Shown here: positions 15,101 to 26,560 of the stretch, in pieces
How positions within the stretch are numbered: the first letter of the stretch is position 1
How the letters are laid out: each line of letters opens with the position of its first letter
From: Antedon mediterranea
Lineage: Eukaryota > Animalia > Echinodermata
Length of the DNA: 64,000 nt
NCBI RefSeq assembly: GCF_964355755.1
Contig: NC_092676.1
Location: 18,742,871-18,806,870, forward strand
Direction of reading: 5' to 3'
Notes under the pieces: generated by a model
The model's input: the letters and a program-made list of their open reading frames with translations, nothing else
Told to the model about the DNA's origin: nothing
Database searches by the model: none
Position numbers and translations under genes: made by a program

Positions 15101-18100
15101 ATTCTAAGTCTGTTATAGTTAGAATTTTCTAGTAATCTTCCTGAATTTTGTTTTTACAAAAACACAAATTTATCTTTTTGAATTTTGATATATTGGCGAT
15201 GTCACAAAAGACTTTTTTTGTAATTTTAACTATTTTGCGACCTTTTATTTTTGCTATTTGATTGTCTTCTGGAAGGTATTCTATCTCCGCTGTCTCTGGG
15301 CGTCAAACAAGTCTTGAATTACTTCAATATGGGACGAAATATTAGGTTGCAATTTTTTTTTGTTTTCATTATAAAATTTGTTAAAAAGACATTATGAGTC
15401 ACAGAAACTTTATACATTATGATTATGATACTGTAGATAGTCATAATTCATATTCTTAAACATGATTTTATGGTAATAAAAAGTATTAATTCGCACCCAT
15501 TTCAGAGTGTCAAATTTCATGGATTTGATGAGCATTCACACAGCCATTCATCTGTGTGTTATAACTAGTTTGTATGTGACAATTTTATGTCATGTTGTGT
15601 GATATTTACAATTTTTTTTTGCATTAAAGTGTCATGTGAGAACAAATTTACATTTATTAATTTTTAATAGTTCTGTAACTTGAAGCCAGTTTAGTACAAA
15701 ATTGATGTTTTTTTTCATTGCCTAGAATTAAACATAAAACAGTTCCTAACATTCATATACTGTATATTATAGTGATATTCTTTTTTAATTATAGGGAGTC
15801 TTTTTTGGTGATATTTAAATTGAGAAAACAATTATACTTTTTAAAAGTTTAAAATAGTGTTCTTTTTTAGTATTTCTGTCTCTTTAATCTAGAAATTTAA
15901 TACCCTAAAATGTAAAGATGTCAGAAATTAATATTTTTAAGTATTGCAATAATGATATAGGTATTGTATTTAAGTAGTTTAAAATATAAACACAATTTAT
16001 TATCGTTTCCTTCTATGTTGGCAAAGTTTTACTTTGGCAGTCTACCTTCTAGCAGTTGACTTACTTTCCCATGACCCTCTCTGCTCAGGAAGCTGAGGAA
16101 ATGCCCGTCATAAAATCACATTATAGTTATACCTAAGGCTTATATAAGTTTTAGTATCCGTGTACGAAGATGCAGTTTCAAAAGACTCGTTAAAACAAAT
16201 TAGAAGCACTTTGGTTGTAAATGACTAAGTTTTAGGACTGTATTATTTACATCAGTTGAAATTTAAGTCGCCATTACATATGGCTGCGGCTGCCGTTACC
16301 AGGTAGGGTGTACTATTAACCATAATAACAGTTAAAACATAAATTAATAACTAATTTATATTTTTGATAATGTAGAATATATATTATTTATCGCTTACTG
16401 ATGAAGGGCTAGTATACTGTACTGCCTGAAAGATCTGCAAATATTTCTGGCTGATTTATTTCATTTTGATGCTTATTTTATTTTTTATCTCCAATGAGAT
16501 CCAGGATTCCCACATCATTGGCTGATTTATTTCATTGTGATGCTTATTTTATTTTGTATCCAATGAGATCCAGGATACCCACAGCATTGTTGTTTTTTTC
16601 AGTAATTTTTTGGATTTATATTATTTATTTCTTATAGAAAATCTTTTGTAATTTATTTATAACAGATATCTTTAGCCAAGTTTGCCTTCAAGCTTAAATC
16701 AAATAAGTACTGTATTTACAATGTCAATTTCAGGCGAAAATGATTGAAATAAATGTTAATAATTTAAATCTATATTTGGGGAAGACATTCAAGATGGTTA
16801 TTTCAATGAAAGTTTTCCTCAGAATTAGGGGATACAGCTACATAAAGTTAAAAAAAAAATAACCATAGAGATATAAATATTATTCCATGGGCTATAAAAA
16901 TGAGCACCCTCAAAAAGAAATGAATGTTTTAGATCCTACAGGTGTACCCATACAAGTTGACACTGATATTAGATTTCCAAATAATGGAATTTAGTGGATA
17001 ATTATGGAGAAAATATAATTCAAATTGGTTCTCTCATGTAATCGAGCGTGTGGTATCTCTCTGTAGACATCATGAAAGGAGTATGCATGTATCATTGCAT
17101 ATTGTTAGCATGGCCCGTTTGATATCAATCGACAAGTCATCCGTCCATATCATGCATTCGTATTAATTTTGATCAAGTCATCTAAGCTACCCATCTTTGA
17201 TTACTTTAAGGAATCTGCTCGTGGAGTTGGACAGATTGAAAGAACTCCGTCAGGGAGAAAATGGAAGTCTCCATGGAGATGACTCAGATTCGAAGTCGCC
17301 GACGCGTGACACAGAGCTTATAGCCGAAGCCAAGCTGCTACGCCAACACAAAGGTCGTCTTGAGGCGAGAATGCAAATATTAGAGGATCACAATCGTCAA
17401 CTAGAGGCACAACTTCAGAGGTTACGACAGTTACTGGAACAGGTAGGCTAATGTTTTAACTTTCTTTTCTTTTAAAATGTTTCAAAGCATTTTTTAAATG
17501 TTATTTTACATAGTGTGTAATCATCACTTATCTTTCAGTTTTTTGTGTGTCTGCTGTGAAATGATTGTATACTAATTTTAGATTAAAACTTTTTTAATGT
17601 AATAAAGAGGCATGTATATAAAAACAATACTTCCCCCAGGCAGCATCATTTGCTGTTAATATAACAACATTGTGAGCTGGTATGGTAGATATGGAAACTT
17701 AAATGGAGAATATCTATGATTACTACTACAATCAATTATACTTTAAATTGAGATTTGTTAATGACGTTATATGATGTACATCTTTTTTCTTTTATAAAAT
17801 TAAGTAAATTATTAGTAATATTAGATAAATTACATTATTGATAATATTAAAACCAATTACACATTATTAATTTAAATCAATCATTTATCAATAATTTATC
17901 AATTAAATAATTATCAATTATATTAAAATAAATTATATTAAATGAATTTAACTAAAAATATACAGTAATATTGTTCATTTGAACTTAGTTGACTTCTACA
18001 TAAAAAATGATATAAGTAATGAAAATTTCTCTAGAATCAATATCATTTTATTATCGATTTAACTTGGATGATCAAAAATGTGAGTGCTGTGGAAGGATTT

Positions 18101-21100
18101 ACTAATAATGGTTGAATTGGATCTGAATGGCATGGACATGTGTTAATAGTAATTACATGATTACGTTTTGCTTTGACCTGAAGTTATACGACGTGAATGG
18201 GGATTTTAGGTGTTTTATTCTTCCGACTAGATTTGGCCGACTACTGTGAGTCTATATCGTTGTGCATATTAATGTACCATGCTAAATGGTATAAGGAAAT
18301 CTTTTTCTCAAAAGCATTCATTTTAGTAGACGAAATAGAGCTTTGTCACCGGTGTTAGGGTTTAAACATATTATGATACATATTTTCAATTTCTAATTAT
18401 ACCTGAAGCTGAATATGAAATAATATTCCACATAAATAATTGATTTTAGAGTGCTACACGTTATGAAGCAGGAAAAAAGAAATATTACACTGTCAAATTC
18501 AAAGTTTAATTTAAATATATTATGATGGGTAACCTTTTCACTATCTGTTTTATTGTCAATTAAGTTTATAGTATCTGTTCTGGTTAAATTTGACATTTAG
18601 TATTTCATAGTTCAATGGCTGTAAACATTTAAAAATATAGATTTAGGCAAAAAAAAAAGAAAAAAAATCAAGGATAAGATTAGGAGAAAAAAAAGGAAGA
18701 AGGCAAAGAAAGAAAGAAAATGGAAAGAGATTAAAATAAAAAGAAGGAACGAAAAAAAAGAAAGGTTAGGAAAGAAAATAAAGGAAAAGAAAAGAAAAAA
18801 AAGCAAATAAAAAAAAAGTAAGAAAAGACAATGAAAGAAAGGAAAAAAGTGATTTCAATTCCTAGTTAAATCAGTATTATTGTGTAAGTAAATGAGTTCT
18901 AAAACAAGGTGGGGGAAGGGGGACTTTATACTGTCCCACCCACACATCCAGATATTACTAAGATGTTTAAGTAATCCAAATATTTTTCATTTGACAGACT
19001 TAAATTATATTACTATCAACATACAAATTGGTAATGTTAAGATGACATTGGGAAGAATCGGGAGTTTTTGTTTGAAATCGACTACTCCTTCACTTAATTA
19101 ACGTTTATAGGATTGCTATGATTAAAAACATGTCTTGTTTTTCTACTCTTCTTGGAGTTGTTGTCATTACGCCAAATGTTATCATTATCTCTGTTTCGCA
19201 TCATCATTGTTCTCATGTTAATTTGAAGTATTGGATTTTGTCTGTAGGAACGTTGTTAAATCATATTATCTCTGTCGCATTCTGTAGGCAGCTTGGAAGT
19301 AATATAAACAAAGTCCTTCTGCCTACTTCTCTATGAAAACAACACTCTGATTATATTATTAAGCATTATGATTGTTAAATAAAGATAATTGTATTATTAC
19401 TTATAGGAATAACAATACTATTATATGCATAAATAAATAAAAGGTATCAATAGCATTGAACAAATTAAAAAAATAACAGTTTACTATCATGTTTAGAAGG
19501 ATAAATCTATTCAACTGGACTTACTTGTTTATAATATAGCAGCTACGTTTCACAACATTTCCAGGTCATATCATCAGGCCGAATAGGTTGTGAAACGATC
19601 GCTGTTATATTATAAACAAGTAAGTCCAGTTAAATAGATTTATCCTTCTAAACTATACTACCTGAATGAATGACAATATCCAGGTAGTTTAGTATAAAAT
19701 AATAAAAAAACAATAATATTTAATCATTATTCATTTGTAAAATCAATTCTGAAAATGTGTCTTGTAACAATATATACCCACAGATTAAGTATTAGACTGA
19801 GCAGTTCCACTTTTATGCCTCTCTCTCTTTCCCCTCTCTCCCTCTCTCCCTCTAACAATCATCTACATTTGCTTTTATGCTCACGCTCACCCATCTGTTG
19901 GCCTAATATCTCTACTAATTAATCCACTTTCAGCACTTGCATATACATAATAACCCAGGTAATTCAATTACATTGTAATGACTGGGTTTGCTTCTAATGG
20001 ATTTTAACAAGGTTTACCAAGCTCTTCCCGTTGGGAATAACGTGCAAGTTTTATATTACTATACTTTAGTTATCTTTAATAGAATGTGCAAGAGTGTTAA
20101 TGGATTTTGATGAAGCATTTATTAGGAACCTCTGAACTATAAAAAATGTTGTTTTTAAATGCTATTCCTTTGTAAAGGTGTAGTAGTACTGTATTTCAAT
20201 AAATGTAATTAATTAGGTCAATGTATGCTAATTTATAATTGGTTTGTCCTTAATTATAGATTAGTGCACACATGCCCTAATTTTGAAATTAGCGTACGTC
20301 TACTAATGATGTATGCCCTAATTCTGAAATTAGTGTAAAAATGATATGTCCTACAGTGCAATTCTGGAAAGATACTCTCTGATAATTATGTAAAATGATT
20401 ATTAATTTATTTTAGAATAATAAATGTTTCCTATAGAAATAAGTCTACATATTCCACTCTTATTTTGTCCACAAATTCTATTAATGAAATTGGTATAAAA
20501 ATTTCTAGTCCTTAATTCTGAGTTAGTGAATAATTTTTTTTACAAATGGTGGGGAAATGATATATATTTCTATTTTCAAATCAGTGCACAATTTATATGC
20601 CTTAGTTCTTATATTAGTACACTATCCATGTTCATGACTTCAGGCACTAATAGCTATAGATTTTTAATAGTTTATATTCTTAATTATTTTCCAGAGGTGC
20701 ATGTTTTAACTATGAATGAACTAAATCTGTCTAATAGGCAGTAGAAATGGTGATAACGTGCCTTAGATTTCTAGCACAATTGGAACATTTTTCACTTAGG
20801 GCAGCAAACTCCAAGTTTTCATTACAAATCTTTGTCATTTTCCAGAGTTTTTGCATGTTTTATCTAAGAACTAAATCTGTCTATAAACAGAAGGAATGGT
20901 GATAACGTTCCTTAGATTTCTAGCACAATACAAATGGAACATTTTTCACTTTGGGCTAGAAACTCCCAATTTTCATTACAAATATTTGAATGCAAAATCA
21001 TTTTCCAGAGTTTTGTATTTGTTTTAACTAAGAATTTAACCTGTCTATACACAGTAGAAGTGGTGATACATGTTCCTTAAATTTCTAGGGCAAGTTGAAC

Positions 21101-24100
21101 TTTTTTTAGTTAGGGCTACAAACTCCCAGCTTTCATTACAAATGTTTGTCTAAGCATTATGCATGGGTAACTTCTAATCACCAATATCGGATTGCAGCAA
21201 AATTAAATGTTTTCCAGCACATGCTTAAATGTATGGATGTGTTAAGATAATAAGAAAATCAATAGAAAGGTAGTGATGTATGATATAATCTTGCAGGTTT
21301 AAGCTCGCTCGCATTTATTTCCATATGGTTTGAGTGTATATTATGCATGGTTTAAGATAGAACTTCAACATTTATCTTTATGCTTATCTTATATTCAAGG
21401 ATTTCACACAAGGTAATATTTTCTAGCAAATGCAAAAATCCAGAGTTCATCGTCCTTCAGTTTCTTTAGGGTTATAAAGTAATTCTTACTAGGTTGTCAG
21501 TTTTTATTGTCTGTTTGTCTCAATTTTTAGTTTGGGAAAAGTGCGTAAATGATGCTTTTTCAGGCACTTATTCGGCATTTGTTTCTTTAAACATGATGCC
21601 ATGCAACAAATAATAATATAAGCAAACACACTACCCAACAAATTGTAAAACAATTTGAAATCCATAAAACATATACTTGGAATGTTTTTAGATAATAAAA
21701 AACATATAAAAATGTGTGCAAACAGCACTTCCATCATCTCATTATCTCTCATAAATGTCTGAGTCAGTGATTTTACCGATACATTAGGACATTCTATTTC
21801 ACTACATAAGTTCCGTAATTGAATTTTAGTGCATTTCAGTATTATTCTGTCTTTATTACAGCATTATCTCATCATGGCAGCGTCTTACATTATCATTATT
21901 CCCTAGAATAGTCATCGTTAGTCATTTTGTTTTTTAATTTCACGATTGCTACCTGTATATATTATTCAGCTTTTCTGATTTTACTTTGCATCTTATACAG
22001 TTAATCTGCGCTTAATAATAGCTGAGTTTAAATAGTATAAACGAAACTGTTTATCTGATTTTGATGTAGATAGATATAGAATTTAATGTTGATATAAAGT
22101 TTGCGGTACACCACATATATTTGTTGTGGAAAGAACTGTTGAGTTACTCAATGTTTTGATCAATATGCTTTGATCATCCTTAGTAGAGAGAATGAAGGAA
22201 GTCCAGGAAACTGGAAATATAAGACAAAATTCAAGTAAAAGAATATAACACAATTCAAGTTTTTTCATTTTTTAAACTATATTACCACCACAAAACCCCT
22301 GATATATTTTTAATTTGTGTGTTTATTTATACTTGAAAAATCTGAATTAGAGGTATAGGTTATAAAATTGTGAACTATATTTTTATGTTCTTGGTAGTTG
22401 GACTGCTGGTAACCAATGATTTGGATTTAGAATATTTCACTTTCATACTATTTCTTGAATACTATTTCTTGTAGGATGAATGATTTTTTAATATATTGTT
22501 AATGCTCTTTCTTGATTCTGATATATACAATAAGTTAATAAAATAAAACATTAAGTTGTTAAAGTTTTGATAAATCAGAGACTAACATAAATAGTATGTT
22601 TATATTATACTAACATACATGTTTATGTATAAAATACTAAAACTGTCTGCGTTTCTTCAATAATTCAAATGCTCTCTCTATTCTAACCTCATAATTGTCA
22701 CATCTCTTTACTAAAACATAGATCACCTATATTACATACCGTAGTTGAAATGTGCATGCTTCTAGTCTACTAAAATTGTGTACGCAATTCCATTTCCATT
22801 CTAATTCCGCGTCACTTACCGTACGTCGCCAACTACAAACCTTTGCATTTGATGAGCTTTTGCGTTCCACTCATAAATGCGCTTCTTAATTACCCTTAGG
22901 GAAAAGAAATTGTGTAATCAATTAACCTATACATCTTTCTTCTAATTAATGACCACTTTGGTAGACGTTGAATTAAGTAATAGTAGTAGCCGCTAGCTGG
23001 TAGTAAAGGAACGTATAAGATAATGGTTTATTTTATATTTAATTCCTTTAAAATACATTCTTTTATTATGCATCCTATTGTTGAGTATGCATTTTAGTGT
23101 ATTAATTAATAAATTTATTTATATTGAGAGAAAAATTAAAAAAAAGTACCATTTAAAAATCAAATCTGGAGAATAAGAATACTTTTCTCTTATTTAAAGG
23201 GAATGTTATTATTTTATCTGGAAACATAAAACTACAAAAACATGTTTTTAAAAGAATCTTTCGTCAGGGGATAAAGATCAGTATCACTATACTACGCATA
23301 ACACATGATACATACATCTGGTCTTTAATTAGAGTCACTTTTGATATCAATGGTATTTGATTGGAAGGAGATATTATTGAATCACAGCATGTTACTTTCA
23401 ATTTGTTTACCACTTAACGTGATGTAGCACTCTGATGAACACAGCCCTAGGGTTGTTTAATGCATTGCTGCGTATGAGTGGCTATTGAGTGAATGACGAC
23501 ATCTAGTTCGTTTGTCATCCAGGTTAAATTTCTCTCCTATAAATTCTGATGTTATCTATTAGTTTGATTCTCTAAGAGACTGCTTGCTGTATTCAAGTTG
23601 TGTCTTTACTATTTTGTTTTCCAAGGATTTAATACTAGGAATTGGTTTATACTCGCCTCATGTATGTATTTATTTTCTTGTAAACTCAGCATTCCTGGGT
23701 GTGTTGTCATTTAGGTTTTATATAATAGTTTAATGGTTACAATAAATTGGTATTGTTAATTTAATTATTGTGTGTTTCCATTTTGCACATTTCTTAAATT
23801 TGGTTTACTTTACATGTTAAAGTATTACCAATGCACTATTCTTTCTGCAAAACATTGTTTATAGTAGTTTATTTCTTTGTAAAACAAATTTTATATGTTT
23901 TAAATCTTACATGTTTTAAAAACCTTGCGTGTTGATATGTTCAAATCTTGCGTGTTGATATTTTCAAATCTTGTGTGTTGATATTTTCAAATCTTGTGTT
24001 TTGAAATGTTTAAATCTTGTGTGTGGAAATGTTCAAATCTTGTGTTTTGAAATGTTTAAATCTTGTGTGTGAAAATGTTCAAATCTTGTGTTTTGAAATG

Positions 24101-26517
24101 TTTAAATCTTGTGTGTGGAAATGTTTAAATCTTGTGTGTGGAAATGTTCAAATTTTGTGGTTTGATATTTTCAAATCTTGTGTGTTGATATTTTCCAATC
24201 TTGTGTTTTGAAATGTTTAAATCTTGTGTGTGGAAATGTTCAAATCTTGTGTTTTGAAGTGTTTAAATCTTGTGTGTAGAAATGTTCAAATCTTGTGTGT
24301 TGAAATGTTCAAATCTTGTGTTTTGAAATGTTTAAATCTTTTGTGTGGAAATGTTCAAATCTTGTGTGTGGAAATGGTCAAATCTTGTGTTTTGAAATGT
24401 TTAAATCTTGTGTGTGGAAATGTTTAAATCTTCTGTGTGGAAATGTTCAAATCTTGTGTTTTGAAATGTTTAAATCTTGTGTGTGTTCATTTGATCAAAT
24501 CTTGTGGGTTGATATGTTCAAATTGTGTGTGTTGATATGATCAAACCTTCTTTGTTCCAATCTTGTGTGTTTAAATCATGTGTTTTGATATGATCAAATC
24601 TTCTGTATTCCAATCTTGTGTGTTTAAATCATGTGTTTTGATATGATCAAATCTTCTGATTCAAATATTGTGGGTTGATATGTTCAAATCTTGTGGATTA
24701 ATATGGTCAAATCTTGTTTTTTAATCTTGTGTGGATTACAATAAGACCGGGAATTGTATACTGTAGCAGAATGGGGTAATAAACTCCCTTTAGGGAGAAA
24801 TGAAGAGAAGGCCAAAAGTGATATATATATTATCAATAACCTGCTGAAAAATGAGAATGATAAAAATGATGGTTGTCACAATTTAAATAATGATGCTGAA
24901 TAAAGTGTATTCTTATCACAGATAATGATTGCAATAAAAAATAGTTGACTCCAATTGATGGGCATAATTATTTGGTTGTTGTACTATTCCAGATTACCAT
25001 AAAATTATCATTTAAACGAGTGTTGTATGTGTTATATATAACTGCTTCAGATATTCATTTCTTGTTCATCTACTGTATGCCAATAATTGATCGTGTATTA
25101 TCATCGATTACCATAAATCAGTATAGAGTATTTGAATATTTTTATTTTATCCAGGATATTAATTCATGTATGTTATTCACCTTTGTTTTATGCTGCAAGT
25201 GAAATGTGTCATTGCCAAAGATAGAAAAAAAAATTTTGAGTTATTTTTGTCAAAATTTGTAAATAATTTATTGCCTATAATTATTTGCTGTAACCAAAGT
25301 TTATTTTTTTTAAATTTATTTCCATCATCATCATTCATCTTCATCATCATCTTCAACATCATCTTCAGCAACATCTTCATCATCTTCATTATCTTCATCA
25401 TCTTCATCATCATCTTTATCATCATCATCATCATCTTTATCATCATCATAATCTTTATTTTCTTCATCGTAGTCTTCTTCACCATCATCTTCATCAATAT
25501 CATCGTCGTTATCATCATCATCTTTATCATCATCATAATCTTTATTTTCTTCATCGTAGTTTTCTTCATCATCATCTTCATCAATATCATCGTCGTCATC
25601 ATCATTATATTTTAAAACAAAATTGTATTCACTTTCATACATTCTTCAATCTTTCAATTTCATCAAAAGAAAGAAAGATTATACAATATTGTATGACTCA
25701 CTTCTTCATTTATTATTCATCATATTTATATATTCACTTGATAATCAAATAGTTAACAATGAAAAAAAAAATAATCTTGAATTCAAACACTTTTTTTATT
25801 TTATTTATTTATTTTGATTTATTCATTTAGTCCTTCATTTATTGACTCATTCGTAAATGTAAATAATAATGTAATTTAATAAGTGTAATTGTCCTGAAAT
25901 CCAAATGATTCATAATTTATTATTTAAAAAAAAATGTTCTGCTGCCACAATGAAGACATCTTTTTAGTTTATCATTTAAACTATTTTCACTTACTACTGT
26001 ATGTGAAGTTTTGTTTTTGTAGCTCATGGAAACTGAGGATCTTTTTTAAAAAAAACTTTAAAAATAATAAAAATATCACTGTTACAGATAATTGTTTATA
26101 ATATTTTTCTGTTTTTGTTTTGTATTCTATCAGTCTTTTATTAATTGGCAGGTAAGATAATTACAATTATTTACCAAACGATATTGGTTACCTTTTGATC
26201 AATATTTTGTAGTTTTGTATTTTTTTTTTTTTTGGTATTCTGTTTTTTGTATTATATTACTTGGGATAAAAAATATATTGTATTGTTTTGTTCATTCCAT
26301 CATAACACTTTTTTTTAGTATCTGTATTCTGTTATTTTTGTTTAAAATATATTTGTTTAAATTATTTGATATTTTTCCATGGTACACTGATAGGTTGTTT
26401 TTGTATAATAGTTGAGGGAAAAAATGTTTTTCCTTCACATTCCAGTACAACATTTTTTTATTTTAATTCGTAGTAGTAGTGGTAGTAGTGGTAGTAGTAG
26501 TAGTAGTGGTAGTAGTG

Positions 26518-26560
<43 letters not shown>

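Noticed and set aside
8481-22758. TGCATG (Rbfox) motifs at 8481, 9244, 9690, 17084, 20698, 20852, 21160, 21344 and 22753
   Set aside because: The count is not clearly above chance for this base composition, and two copies come from a tandem repeat.
23428-23465. CTGATGA plus hairpin as a third hammerhead
   Set aside because: Lacks the GAAA core after stem II.
24017-24540. Cys-rich repetitive ORFs
   Set aside because: Translation of a 21-bp minisatellite.
25166-25642. Acidic D/E-rich ORF on the minus strand as a nested biomineralisation-type gene
   Set aside because: It is a (CAT)n microsatellite open in several frames, with no signal peptide, splice context or flanking coding signal.
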